From Dictyostelium discoideum (Eukaryota), in assembly GCA_000004695.1 (NCBI GenBank), contig CM000151.3:7264001-7328000 (forward strand): 64,000 nucleotides of DNA, in the 5' to 3' direction. Below, piece after piece: positions 24,352 through 37,905 of this stretch (its first letter is position 1; each line of letters begins with the position of its first letter). A model generated the notes under the pieces. The model was not told the origin of the DNA. It saw only the letters and a program-made list of their open reading frames with translations, and searched no databases. The position numbers and the translations under genes were made by a program.

Positions 24352-24789
24352 TTACAATTGATAATAAAGAACCTTTTTTATAATTTGGGACAAAAGAAAC
24401 TGATTGAATTGATTGATCTTTTGACCTTATGAAACCTCTTGGTGTTACAGAAAATTTAGGATAAGTTTTAATTTTATAGATTGCACAATAAGTATCATTA
24501 TTTCTACTCTTGCTATTTAAATAAAAGATGACAGCCAATCTTTGACTATCAGGTGACCATGCAATTTTCTTTATATGTCCGCCTAAAAATAATTCACTAC
24601 TACTTGAACCACCACCACTACCACCAACATTTTGTAATCTATAGGTTGAAGTTTTCTCAACATACATTAATTCACCACCTGATTCAAATGCTCTATTTAT
24701 ACATTGAATAAACTGAATTCTATCACCACTTGCAACTGCTAAATATTCACCTTTTCCATTCCATGATCCTGTCTAATAAAAAATAAAAA

Positions 24790-24839
<50 letters not shown>

Positions 24840-25937
24840 CTTTAGAATTATATATAGAGGTGGTTTATTTTATAAGAAATAAATAAATAAACTTACTTGA
24901 TAATTTGTTAACATTGGCCATTCTTTATTATTGTAATCCCATTTTGAGATATCGAAAATTCTACAAGTTTTACCACCACAAGATAAAAGATAATCATTTT
25001 TTGGAGACCAAACTAATAATGAGTTACCATTATAACGTGGTATGAATGTTGGTACTCTAGATACAACATCCCATAATAGAATTGAACTATGATTAGTTGA
25101 ACCACATGCTAATTGTAAACCATTTGATGACCATGTAATTGTATTTGATAAAAAGTATGGATAATTTAAAATATTTGCACAAGTACTTGATTGATTAATT
25201 CTATAATTTGGTGATGTTCTCTTTAATTCAACTTTTAAATCACTTATATCAATTTCCCATAAAATTATACCATTTCTATTTAATTAAAAATAAAAAAAAA
25301 AAAAAAAAATTATTATTATTTAAATTAATATTATTATTGTTTTTGTTATTGTTTTTGTTATTATTAATACTTACTCACAAGCAACAGCTAAAGTATATGG
25401 TAAGAAAGGTTTCCATTGTATATCATAAACTTTTGATTGTAATTCAAACCATAATGTTAAAGGTCTGACATTACCCATACCATACATATCTTGATTTGGG
25501 AAATAGTAGATATAAATAACATCATTTTTATTACAAACTGCAAGTAATCTATGTTGTGGATGCCATGACATTACTTTAATCTTTTTATTTTGTAATGAAT
25601 CATCTTCATTCGAGGAGGACGATGATGATGATTGATTTGATGATGATGATGATGGTTTAAATACTTGATTAATCGATTCAATAGTTTGATAAAAATTAAT
25701 TTGAAACTTTTGTAATAATGTTGGATTTGGTGTTTTTAATGCAGATTCACTCTTTTTATATTCTTCATCAGAAATTTTCAATTCTACTAAATTCTTTCTC
25801 TCTAATAATAATTCATATGGTAATTTACTTTCATCTGTAAATGAATCTAATTTAGATTTATATTCACCATAAACTTGTTGTTCACCAATTGCTGCTGTAT
25901 TTATAAATTCTTCAAAACAATTATGTTCTTCAATCAT
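24118..25937 (-). CDS. Aladin (AAAS) WD40-repeat nucleoporin orthologue, about 471 aa
   Basis: Four exons on the minus strand: 25375..25937, 24897..25275, 24356..24772 and 24118..24174, with GTAAGT donors and phases 2/0/0. It is collinear with human Aladin: VMSWHPQHRLLAVCNKND~VFAWHPHTNKFAVALLDD; IQWKPFLPYTLAVACE~LAWKPLSASVLAVACQ; LLVWSPKNDYLLSCGG~LLWSPDGSKILATTPS; IAWSPDSQRLAVIF~MVWDPSGERLAVLM; terminal AYNDGTIKFFPLLY~GWSTGRIAHIPLYF. It contains a poly-N run encoded by (ATT)n on the plus strand. Confidence 0.75.
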
Positions 25938-25997
25938 TTTTCTATTATTTTATGAAAAATAATAATAATTATCTTTTTAAAAAAAATGAATAAAATG

Positions 25998-26031
<34 letters not shown>

Positions 26032-26265
26032 TGGAAGTGTCGAAAATTGAAATTTAAAAAAAAATAAAAAAAAAAAAAAATAAAAATAAAATATTAATAT
26101 TAATAATGATAAACTTCTTGAATATTAATATTAATATTTGCCAATCCCTTTTTTTTTTTTTTTTTTTTTATTTAATAATAAATTTTAAAATTGGTTCTTT
26201 ATTTTTATTTTTTTTATTTTTTATTTTTTTATTTTTTTATTTTTTTTATTTTTTTTATTTTTTTA

Positions 26266-27176
26266 TTATACAAAAGTATTATAGCCATCATAAATTCCTT
26301 TAGCAGCAGTACCAGTTACTTTTAATGCAGTTTCAGCATCAATTGAAATATTGAAATTTGGAGCTACAGATGGTGCACTTAAATTAAACTCTAAATTACC
26401 ATTATTCATTGTTGGTGCAACGTTAACTGGTGGTGGTACGAAACCAACGCCATTAACATTAACTTGATTTGGTTGATAATTGAATGATGGACCACTTGGT
26501 GAGTGTGGTTGTGGGTTACCTCCAATTGGTAAAATACTTTGAACAAAACCTAAAATACCACCGGAACTACCTGGTGCAGGGAATCTAATTTCTAAATATT
26601 GTTTATGTTTTCTAACGACTTTATCATTAGCACCTTGTTTAACTATTTTTGGTTTACCTGTTTTCTCTCTAAAAGTAAATGTAATTCTTCTTTCTGCGAA
26701 ATAATTATTTGCTTCTTGTAATGCTGGTTGCATATTATTCTTTACCTTAATATATTTATCAATTTTATTAGTTAATATATATATAACTAATATAACTAAT
26801 ATAACTAATATAACTAATATATATATAATATATAATTTTTTAAACAAAATACACATACCTTACGTCTAAAGAAACAAACCATAACTACCATAACTACAAA
26901 ACCAACTAATAAAATTGTAAAACCAGAGGAAATTACTGACCAATCGAATTTAACAATACCAATAATGAATAAAATAATACCAAGGAAAATAATGATTAAT
27001 GGAATTGAAATTGTTTTTGGATAACGAGTTTTTGATAACATATTAATTCTATTAATAACTTGTTCAAATTCTTGTGGTTGCATAACTCCATTTAAACCAC
27101 TTGGATAATGTTTTGAAAAACCTTCAAAACCCTTACATGAGTTTGAATTAATTGTCTTTACTTTAACTCTATTCAT
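26266..27176 (-). CDS. Membrane protein with a possibly Erf4/GOLGA7-like N-terminus, one TM segment and a Gly/Pro/Asn-rich C-terminus, about 265 aa
   Basis: Two exons on the minus strand: 26859..27176 (ATG at 27176, MNRVKVKTINSNSCKGFEGFSKHYPSGLNGVMQPQEFEQVINRINMLSK...TM..., donor GTATGT) and 26266..26745 (VKNNMQPALQEANNYFAERRITF...). The 113-nt intron contains the 9-mer tandem repeat taatataac x4. Confidence 0.5.
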
Positions 27177-27392
27177 TTTTTTTTTTTTTTTTCTTCTTAA
27201 AAGCAACGAATTTTGAAAAATAAAAAAAAAATATATATTGTGTGTTAGTGGGAAGGAGAAAAAATAAAAAAAAAACAAAAAAAGTTTTAGTGCGATCAAA
27301 AAAAAAAAAAATAAAAAATTAAAAATAAAAAAAAATTAAATATTAAATAAAAAACTTTTTGGAAAAAAGAAAAAACTTTTGAAAAAAAAGGT

Positions 27393-27427
<35 letters not shown>

Positions 27428-27531
27428 TAAACTTTGTCCCGTTTTAATGAGATATTTCCTTTTTAAAATTTTTTTTAGTTTTTTTAGTTTTTTTTTTTTT
27501 AGTTTTTTTTTTTTTTAAAATTTATTTTATT

Positions 27532-27849
27532 TTAATTTTGTTCAACCAATCCAGATGTTTCATTTATTGAAAGTGATTTCAAAATAAAAGGTTCAATTTG
27601 GTCATCTTGAATATATTGAGAATTATAAATTGTATTACTAACTACAATTGTATTATGATTACTACCACTATTTATCCAAACTCTACCATTAACACCAACT
27701 GCAATTTCATAAGGTATATGTTTTCCTAAAATTTGTAATAAAAAACAATCTTCTGATAATAAACTATAAATATGTATATAAGAAATTAATTAGTATTAAT
27801 TATTCATATATATATATATGTTGGTATGAGAGTTGTGTTATTTTTATTA

Positions 27850-27888
<39 letters not shown>

Positions 27889-28461
27889 CATACTAATGTG
27901 ATAAACCTAATGAACAATTTAACATATAACCACCAATTAATTGACCGAAACCTTCTGCTTTTTGTTTTTGTGATAAACAAACAACCTCTGGTTCCATATC
28001 TCTATTTGCAACTGTAACACGGCAATAAATTAAATTACCAACATTTAATAAAGGTTTATTACTTTTTGTAGCACCTTCAAATGAATATGCTGATAATAAC
28101 GCACTACAACTTGACCCTATATCAACTTTAAACGATTCTGCATGTTTTTCAATAATTGTTCCTATAACCATATCTTCAACTTGTGGTACATACTTTAATA
28201 ATAAAACAAAAAAAAATGAATTAGATATATATATTTATAAATTTATACGTATGTTTTTAATATATAATGAAAATTTACCCTTTTTTGTTCATTTTCTATC
28301 CAATAAAATCTATGAAATTTACTATATCTTAAAACACCTGCTTTGGTTGCTAATACTGTATCTTTGGTTTGTAAAAGACCTGGTCCTATTCTAACTTTTA
28401 AATCTCCAATTTTACCAATAACATCACCTGGAACTACAAATTGATCTTTTAATGTATCCAT
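27532..28461 (-). CDS. exosc3: Exosome complex component Rrp40 (EXOSC3), S1 plus KH domains, 237 aa
   Basis: Three exons on the minus strand: 28279..28461, 27894..28192 and 27532..27763 (donors GTAAAT and GTATGT). It aligns with human EXOSC3 throughout: GDMVIGTIIEKHAESFKVDIGSS..LSAYSFEGATKSNKPLLNVGNLIYCRVTVANRDMEPEVVC and the KH-domain motif GVNGRVWI. Confidence 0.8.
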
Positions 28462-28482
28462 TTTGTATTATATATATATTTG

Positions 28483-28513
<31 letters not shown>

Positions 28514-28936
28514 ATTTTTCTTTTCTACTTTTGTATTTATGTGTAAGGTAAGAAGCAAAGGAGGTTGATGATTTTTTGTAGAATACAAATTTTAATTAAT
28601 CCAAAAAAAAAAAAAAAGATTTGTGATTATTTTTTTTTTTGGGGTGAAATTACGAAAATTTAGATATATTCAATTTTTTTGAATTTTTTTTATTTTACTG
28701 ACTTTTTTGAAAAAAAAATAAAAAGAAAAAATAAAAATTAAAAAAAAAAAAACAAAAAAAAAAAAAAAAAAAAGTCACCAATTACCCATCAGTACCACAA
28801 AAACCTTTTCAGTTATTTTTTTTATTTTTATTTTTTTATATTTATAAACATTAAAAATAAAAATAAAAAAAGAGGAGAACAAAGATATTATATATATCTG
28901 AGTTCTTTTTTTTAATTTTTTTATTTTTAATTATAA

Positions 28937-28968
<32 letters not shown>

Positions 28969-29361
28969 ACAAAAAAAAAAAAAAAAAAAAAAACCTTTCA
29001 CACCACCATTTTAATGAATTATAAATATATAATCAAATAAAAAGCCACAACATTTTTTTTTTTTTTTTTACCTTTGTTTTATTTTTTTTTATATATTTAT
29101 TTATTTAATTAATTATTTATTTATTTTGTCATCCACCAATCATCAATCCAACCAATCATAAATCAAATCAGCAAACATATATATAAAAACAAAAGTGGTT
29201 TTTTTTTTTTTTCCTTTTTTTTTTTTTAAAATTTTTTTTATTTGTAATATAGTAGTATTAAACCAATAGTAATAAAAGTTGTAAAAAATAAATAATAATA
29301 AAAAAAAGAAATAAACGAATAGGTTCCTAAAAGAGAATTATAAAAAAAAAAAAAAAAAAAA

Positions 29362-31018
29362 ATGTCCCGACCGTCATATGCCTCAGCCACTAAAACATAC
29401 TTTCATAATAGGCTTGTTACAGGTCCTGATAGAGCATATTTTATTGTTGCGATGATATTAATGCTAATACCAGAGATACCATTTCTTATATTTGTGTAAG
29501 TATTTACATTTTTTTTTTTTTTTTTTTTTTAATAATCCAGATGATTTAACACATTTTATAATAATAATCAATACCAATAGATGCCCATTATTTGAAGAAT
29601 GGATTACAGCAGCAATATACCCAGTATCAATTTATTTTTGGATTGCTTCATATATATTTTTAATTCAAACAGCATATACAGATCCAGGTATTATACCTCG
29701 TGGAATTTATAATGATGATATTTTCGCACCAGATCACAGACAACCTCTATTTAAAAAAATTACAGTTAAAGATACAAAACAAGAAATAAAATGGTGTGGT
29801 ATGTTAATAATTACTATTTTATTTAATAATTAGAGAATTAGTAACTAATCAATGTTTATAATAATCATATTCTTAAATATTTAGAAACATGTTGTTTATA
29901 TAGACCACCAAGAGCGAATCATTGTGGTATTTGTAATAATTGTGTTGAAAGATTTGATCATCATTGGTAAGTTTCCCACCCATCTTCATTTATTAATTCC
30001 AAATACTTTGTACAAATATTAATATGTGTTTTTTTTTTATTATTTTTTTTTTCTAATAGTCCATGGGTTGGAAATTGTATTGGAAGAAGAAATTATCAAA
30101 CATTTTTATACTTTTTATATTCATTAGGGTTTTTATGTATTTGGATAATGGGATTTTGTGTAGCACATATATGTATAGAATCAGCACGTTATAGGGACAA
30201 TCATCCATCTGCATCGAGTGCAAAAGTATTTCAAGAAGGTATGAATAAGTCACACTATATATCGGATTATAACTATAGTTTATGGGTTAGCAGGTTTAAT
30301 GTTTGTTGGTTCATTAGGTGGATTTCACTTCTTTTTATTACTAACAAATCAAAGTACAAATGAAAAGATCAAAAAAACATATAAAAAGTCTAATCCTTAT
30401 CGTAAATCAGCATTTGCTAATTTTATTGAAGCATTTTGTCCACCACGTTATCCAAGTTTTTATAAATATACTTTAGATCATGAAAAGGAATTAACAACAA
30501 TACCAACTCCAAATAATATAAATGGAAATAATAATAATAGTATAAACAATAACAATAATAATAATAATAATAACAATAATAATAATAATAACAATAATAA
30601 CAACAATAATAATAATAATAATATAAATAATGGTAATAGCGGTGGTACAACTAATAATGGTTATACGCCACCAATTTCTCCACCTCAGATGTTACAACGT
30701 CAATCAAGTACAATAAGATATTCATTAGATAATTTAAGAACAAGTAGTAATAGTAGTTTGGGTAATTTTAATAATTTGAAATCAAGTAGAGACCTTAATT
30801 TGTCAACTATAAGTGAAGATAAACCGAAAAATTTAAGTAATAGTAATAATAATAATAATACCAATAATAAGAACACTAGTGAAGATAATAATCATAGTAG
30901 TGGAAGTGATTTTGGTGGTGATGAAGAAAATAATGAGGATGATTTTAAGAGTGATAACGATAAAGAAATTAATTCATCTTCACTATCTTTAAATCATGAA
31001 TTACAAGTAAATGTTTAA
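29362..31018 (+). CDS. DHHC-type zinc-finger protein S-acyltransferase (palmitoyltransferase) with a poly-Asn C-terminal tail
   Basis: Five exons: 29362..29495, 29581..29798, 29885..29966, 30060..30238 and 30279..31018 (donors GTAAGT, GTATGT, GTAAGT, GTATGA). The DHHC-CRD motif is split by intron 3: ...[14 protein letters not shown]|[13 protein letters not shown]. It has four predicted TM helices. Confidence 0.85.
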
Positions 31019-31273
31019 AGAATGAAGTAAAATAAAAAAAAAAAAAAAGAAATAAATAAAAAAAAAAAAAGAAATAATTAAAAAAAAAAAAGAAATAAAT
31101 AAAAATTGTAAAATAAACATTAAAAAAAAAAAAAAAAAAAAAGGATCTTATCTAATTAAATATCTTGAAACTTTATTTATAGTACTTATTTTTATTTTTT
31201 TTATTTTTATTTTTTTTTTATTTTTTTTTTTATTTTATTTTTTGATTTGAAAACCTAAATCTGAATTGATTAA

Positions 31274-32646
31274 TTAATTTTCTTTCATTGCTTCTTCTGT
31301 TTGTGTTGATTCATTTGTAGTTGTAGTGATAGTATTGGCATTGATAGTTGTTGTGGTTGTTGTTGTTGTTGTTGCTGAAGGTTGATCGTTATAGTTTTGT
31401 TGTTGTTGTTGTTGTGGTTGTTGTTGTAGTTGTGATTGTAATTGTGATTGTTGTTGTTGATGATCTTTTTTATTTTGATTAACTAAATAAGATGGAATTT
31501 GTTGTTGTAATTGATTATTTTGAGAAGCTTTTAATAAACTAAATCTTTCAGAGAATAAAGCTTGTCTTTCTTTTTCTAATTGATTCTTTTCCTTTTCTAA
31601 AGCATTTTCCATTTCAGAATAACATTTTAATTTTAATTCCAATTTCTTTGTTTGAACATTAATAATCTTTAATATGAGTGATTGAATTTCTCTCTCTTCA
31701 GATTTACTTAATGCTTTTGCTTTAATACTTGTTGCAGCTAAAGTAGCAGAGGCAGCAGCTTGAATATTTACTTTTGAGAGATGATCATTGTCGTCGTTGT
31801 CATTATCAGTTATCATAGAGTCACCATTTTCTTTATTTAATACATCAGTTGCAGCTTTTGCAGCAGCAGAAGCGACTTCAGAAGATACACTTGTTGATAA
31901 GAAAGAAATCATTGAAACTATTGGATTATTTAATAATTGTTGATTGTTATTGTTGTTGTTGTTGTTATTTGAAGAACTACCATTTAAAATTGAATTTGAA
32001 GATGGTGGTTGAAGTGAAATTGATTTTGTGATATTATCTTCCAAGTAAGGTTCTTCAATTGGTAGCTTTAAGAATTGTAATAAACATTGTTCCTTTGATT
32101 TAGTTTTAACATGATCAGCAACATCATTCCAAGAGTCACTATAGATATCCAATGCTTCCAAAAGTAATAAAGTCTCTTGATCAGTCCATTGATCTTCCAA
32201 TGGACTTGGTTCAGGTAATTCAATCTTTTTGAATTGATCCTTTATCAAATGTGAATGATCAATAAATGTTTGGTCATTGGTGAAACAATTATTACATAAA
32301 AGTATGGTTTGTGGTGGTTGTGGTTGAATCACTTGTTCACCTGATACCGCTTGATCTTGTGGTGGTGGTGCTGGTGTAAAACTATATCTAAGGAATGTAC
32401 AATCTTGTGAACATTTAGAACAAATATGTCTAAATGGTTGTGAGAATAAATTTTGTCTAAGGTCTAATGATGTTGAAAATGGTTTCGATATATTATTTGT
32501 TGATGATGATGAAGATGATGATGAAGAGGATGAGGAAGTCGATTGTTTTGGTGATGTTATCTTTTCTTTTGTAGTTGTTGTGGTTGTGGTTGTAGTTGAT
32601 GTTGTTGTTGTTTCTCTTTCAATTGTATTATTATTACTATTATTAC

Positions 32647-32714
<68 letters not shown>

Positions 32715-35183
32715 GAAGATAATAATGGTATATAAGCACCACCATCTGGATTTACAAAATAATTAATCAAACCCCAATGTTCAAGGAAACTATGAACACG
32801 AAGTATTGAACAAACATCACCAACTAAATTTCTTCTAATTGCAGTAAGTGTTAAATATTGATATGGATTTTGAAGATAAGTGTTGATCATAAAATCACGA
32901 TATTCTTTATAAACTTCAGGTGTTTTTGATGGTGATTTACCAGTAAAAAATTCTGGTAATTGATTCTTTTCAACTTCATGTATTCTTTCCATCTTGAACC
33001 AAGTACATTGTGATGGTGGAATTGTAAATGATGATTGAAGTGTAACATTTTTTGGTGGTTGTGGTTGTGGTTGTACTGATGTTGTAGTAGTTGTTGTTGG
33101 TTGTTGTGGTAATGATTGTTGCTGTTGTTGTTGTTGTTGTGGTAATACTTGTTGTTGTGGAAGTAATTGTTGTTGTGATTGCTGAGTAATTTGAGATCTT
33201 GGTGATAATGGAGTACCATTTGAATTAACTGGTATTAAAGTAGTTGGATTAATAGCACCTAAATTATTTGAATCAGTTGATGATGGAGCAGAAGAGATTG
33301 GTTGTGATGCAAATGGATTTGTAATACCACCAGCTGTATTGATAGTTGTTGGTGTTGTTGGATTTGATGATTTTGATGATGATCTTGGTCTATTGGTTGT
33401 TATTGGTGCTGCTCCTGTTGGACTTGTTTGTTTGGTTGGTGATGTTGGATTAGTGGTAGTAGTGGTAGAAGTGGTAGTTGTAGTTGTTTGTGGTGGTGCA
33501 ATATTTGGTACTGGTTTGGCAAATGGTGGAGGAAGTTGTTGTATACTTGGTTGTTGATTTAATTGATTTTGTAATAATTGCTGTTGTTGTGATATTTGTT
33601 GTATTATTTGTTGTTGATTCTCTGCATCTGTTGGAATGGTAGTTGTGGTGGCTTCTTGTAATGGTTGCATTGGTTGTGGTGGTAATTGTTGTTGATCAGT
33701 ATCGTCATGTTTTTGTTTTTTACTTGGGGTTGAAGTTGGATCAGCTAATGGTCTTTTATTAGAATCATTAACTTCACTACCTGAATCAACATTCATTTGG
33801 TCACCACCATTTGATTGTTCTGTACCACCATTTGAATCTTGTGCTGTAGTATTTTCACTATTGCTATTGCTATTGCTATTATTACTATTTAATGTCTTTC
33901 TCTTTGCTTTTCTACCTCTCTTTTTAGGTATAGTACCAGCTGCAGTTAATTTAATTTGAGATGATGGTGATTTTGGACCATCTTTATTTACATTGTTGTT
34001 GTTGTTGTTGTTGGTATTAGTAGTTGAACTGTTATTATTAGTATTATTACTATTACTATTACTATTGTTATTATTATTACTTTCATCCAATTCATAATCG
34101 ATTTCATTCATCCATTCATTGAAAATCTCAGTATCAGTGATCCATCTTGGATTTAGGAACCATTGACCAACATGAGATTGATCGAGATCAGGATCATCAC
34201 CTTCTACCTCTGTAGATGGAAGCCAAGTATCATATGAATCTGGATAATACCACCAATGTACTAAACTCATTTTACTCTTATTTTCAATAGTTCTAATATA
34301 TTCCAAGTCTGCTTGATCATTACTATTACTATTGTTATCAACTTTAATAATATGTGTTGCCAATTTGGAATCTGTTACAATCTTACCACCATGATTTTCA
34401 ACTATCTTTGCTAAATCTTTATCACTCTTTACATCTGAATTTAAAAAAACAATTGGAAATTTTAATAATTCTAATTTCTATAATCATTATTATTATAAAA
34501 ATAAAAATATTTTATATGATATTAGTAACTTATTGATCTATCTATCTATCTATCTATGTATGTATGAATAATAAATAATAATAATACAATTAAATTTGAT
34601 TCAATTAAATCTAATAATTCTATATTCTTCTCTTTTTTCGAAGCAACTTTAAAATCTGATTTTTTCCAATCTTGTGAAGTTTTAAATGATTGAATTGTAT
34701 CTAAAACATGAAATAATGATCCATTTGTTGAATAATCTTTTAATAATTTCATTGGTAATTTGGTTTTATTTGATGGTTTATCAGTTGCCTTTTTTTTTTT
34801 AATTATATATGTTTAAAGAGAAAGTTTTTTTTAAATTAATATTGCTATTTTCTAAATTAAAATATATTTTTAAAAAAAAGAAAAAAAAGAGTATATATAT
34901 ATATATATATAATTACATTTTTACCGAAAGCATCTTCATAAAATTGAATTAAACTAAATATTAATTGACCTAAACTTTTGGTTGTTAATGATTGGTCGTC
35001 GGCACCATTATATTTTTCAACTAATGCTTGTCTAACTGGTTCTAATTTCTTTAAAAAAGCTGAATCTTCAAAATCTTTGGCATTGATATTAAATTCTCTA
35101 TTCTTTACTATTGTTGTTGTTGTTGTTGTTGGTGTGGTTGTCTCTTCACTATTTGGTGATGAAATTGTTCCATTTGATGTCAT
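31274..35183 (-). CDS. SWI/SNF complex subunit Swi3/SMARCC (BAF155/170) homologue with SWIRM and SANT domains, coiled-coil and poly-Q/N/T tracts, about 1223 aa
   Basis: Three exons on the minus strand: 34917..35183 (ATG at 35183), 34588..34788 and 31274..34477, all phase 0 with weak GTAATT/GTATTA donors. The SWIRM domain is ...WFKMERIHEVEKNQLPEFFTGKSPSKTPEVYKEYRDFMINTYLQNPYQYLTLTAIRRNLVGDVCSILRVHSFLEHWGLINY; the SANT domain is WTDQETLLLLEALDIYSDSWNDVADHV; a C-terminal leucine-zipper coiled-coil follows. The assignment of exons 1-2 is less certain than exon 3. Confidence 0.75.
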
Positions 35184-35214
35184 TCTTTATGTCGTTTAGT
35201 TATTTTAAGTCTAT

Positions 35215-35300
35215 ATTATCGATTGTCGGGTGAATGTGAGTTCCTCTCTGTGTGTTTTGTGTGTTTTTGTGTTTTGTGTGTTTTGTGTTGTGTTGCGTTT
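35215..35300. promoter_or_regulatory. G/T-rich (tgtgtttt)n tract immediately upstream of the Swi3/SMARCC start codon
   Basis: gtgtgttttgtgtgtttttgtgttttgtgtgttttgtgttgtgttgcg lies 40-120 bp 5' of the ATG at 35183. GT-rich boxes are common in Dictyostelium promoters. A regulatory role is inferred from position only. Confidence 0.3.
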
Positions 35301-36080
35301 ATTTTTAAATTTTTGAAAATTTATTTTATTGTTTATAAAAGACGACAACGACGATAAAAAAAAATAAAAATTTAAAAAAAAAAAAAAAAAAAAATGAAAT
35401 TACAGGATGTATATAAGTTTTATGATTTTTTTTTTTTTAGTTTTTTTGTTTTTTCCACTGAAGATCTATTTCCCCAATTTTTTTTTTTTTTTTTTTTTTT
35501 TTTTATTCTCTAAAAAAAAAAGAAGTAAAGGATAAATGAAAAAAAAAATTTTTGAAAAAATTTGAAATTTTTTTTTTTTTTATTTTTTTTTTTTTTGTAA
35601 TTTTTTTATTTTTTTTTTTTTTCAATATTTTAGCAGTTAAAAATGCTTTTTTTTTGTAATTAATTTTTTTTTTTTTTTTTTTTAAAAATTTAAAAAAAAT
35701 GAAATATTAAGAAGTTCAAAATTAAATCGTAAAACCGAAAAAAGAATTATTTTTTTTTTTACTTTTTTTTATTTTATTATAATCAAAAAAAAAAAAAGAA
35801 AAATAAAATAAAATAAAATAAAAATATTAAAAAAAAATAAAAATAATAAAAAAATTTTCAAATTCATAGATAAATCAAAATTTTGATTTCTTTTTTCTAG
35901 ACCACCCAAAAAAAAAAAAAATCTTTTTTTTTTTTTTTTTTAATTTTTTGTTGGATTTATTTTTAGTTTTCAGTTTTTTTTTTTTTATTATTTTGAAATG
36001 AAAAATCTTTTTATTTTGTTTATTTTTATCTTTTTAATGTCAAACCACAAAATGTATAATTATATTTTATTTTAATATTT

Positions 36081-36783
36081 TTAATAATCATAATCATAGT
36101 CATCATCTCCGCTGTAGTAGGTACAATTATCACATTTATTTTTTAAAAATACAACAACCACTGGTACAACTGGTAATGAAACACCCAACAAAACAAAAAA
36201 AAGTAGAATTGAAACTAGACCATATACTCTAGCTCTTGACCTTCTTTTGAGATAAATAAATCCAAGTAACCAAATAAACGGAATTAAAAAACCAGTTCTA
36301 AATTTTTATTTTTAATAAAAATATTAAATTTTTTAATTTTTTAATTTTAGTTTAAATAATAAAAAAAAAATATTTTAACTTTTTAACATACATTAAAATT
36401 ATTAAAGAAGCTGTGTCATCTTTTACTTTACAAATTTTAAATTTCTTTTTTGGTTTTTTCGAAGATGTTTTTAAAGATTTAATATTATTATTGTTATTAT
36501 TATCATAGTGTTGAGATGGTTTGGTTTCAATAGGAGGATTTATTTGTGGTGGTAAATGTGGAGTTTTATGAGTATCGGTTGGTTTATCTAAGGAGATTGG
36601 TGATAAATGAGGATTTGTAAATAAACCATTTTGTTTCTTTAGAGAAATTGGTTGAGATTCTTGAATGTGAGGAGTTCTTATCAAACCTGTTTGTATCTCT
36701 AATGAAACTGGTGGATAATCATTTTCTCTCTGATATTTTATATAAACTCTGGTCTTTTTTTTGCTTTCTTTTTCTAGGCTCAA
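36081..36783 (-). CDS. Hypothetical tail-anchored/2-TM protein with three PxSLxxQxGLxxxPH repeats and an acidic DYDYDY C-terminus, about 202 aa
   Basis: Two exons on the minus strand: 36392..36783 (donor GTATGT, phase 2) and 36081..36297 (ITGFLIPFIWLLGFIYLKRRSRARVYGLVSILLFFVLLGVSLPVVPVVVVFLKNKCDNCTYYSGDDDYDYDY*). Confidence 0.5.
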
Positions 36784-37029
36784 CTTTCAAAAATTGGTAA
36801 TTCTTTTGCATCTTTAGATAATCACTCTTTCACTACTATCTTGACTTATTTCCTCTCTGTATCAACACTATTCTCCATTTTTCTATCATGACTTGTTTCA
36901 CTCTCTGTTTCAACACTGTTCTCCTTTTCTTTATTCATTTAACTAATTATTATCGTAAAAAAAAAAAACAATTTAAAAAAAAAAGGTACGTTTTTTGATT
37001 GATAAAAAAAAAAAATCAAATCGACACAC

Positions 37030-37060
<31 letters not shown>

Positions 37061-37616
37061 CCCTATTCTTTGAAAAAGTAAATTTGAAAATGTAAAAATA
37101 GTTTTTTTTTCAAAAATAAAAGATATTTATTTCATTACACTTTAGAGAAAATTATTAAATTTGATTTTCTTAATTTTAAACAAAAAATAATAACAAATAA
37201 TTTTTTTTTTAGTATTTCATTTTTTTTTTTTTTTTTTAAAAAAATAAGAAATACTAAAAAAAAAAAAAAAAATTACAATAATATTATAATAAAATAGATT
37301 ATTAAAAAAAAAAAGTAATATCCTAAATTTTGATTTTTTTCTTTAATTTTAAAGGGGAGCCAGTTTGGGATGTGTTCACCAGCAGTAACACATCACCAAA
37401 CCAACAAATTTTGTTTGGTACATATATTTCGAAGTATGAATTTGTCAAAGCACTAAATAAAGTGATGGCGACAATTCATTGAGATTGATTAATTATTTTG
37501 GAAGAATAATTGAGTTACTGAAGATAAAAATTTTTTCACACTCATTTAAATACCAATAATAATCATTTCACCATTATGGGAATTTAAAAATATCTTAATT
37601 TTTGGCCGCTTGTGAA

Positions 37617-37647
<31 letters not shown>

Positions 37648-37661
37648 AAATATTAACTGAC

Positions 37662-37807
37662 TTATAATTTTGAGAAAATTTTATTATTAATCTTCACACG
37701 ACGATTACTAAAATGATATATTGTCATGAAAGTATTATTTTTGTTATTTATAATTTCATCATAAGAAAATGTGTTTGAATTAATTTTTCTTATTCTATTA
37801 TGGAATA

Positions 37808-37905
<98 letters not shown>

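Noticed and set aside
33339-33557. Plus-strand ORFs antisense to the Swi3/SMARCC gene, and 40847..41113 and 41339..41578 antisense to cortexillin
   Set aside because: They lie within well-supported minus-strand coding exons and have no start or splice support of their own.
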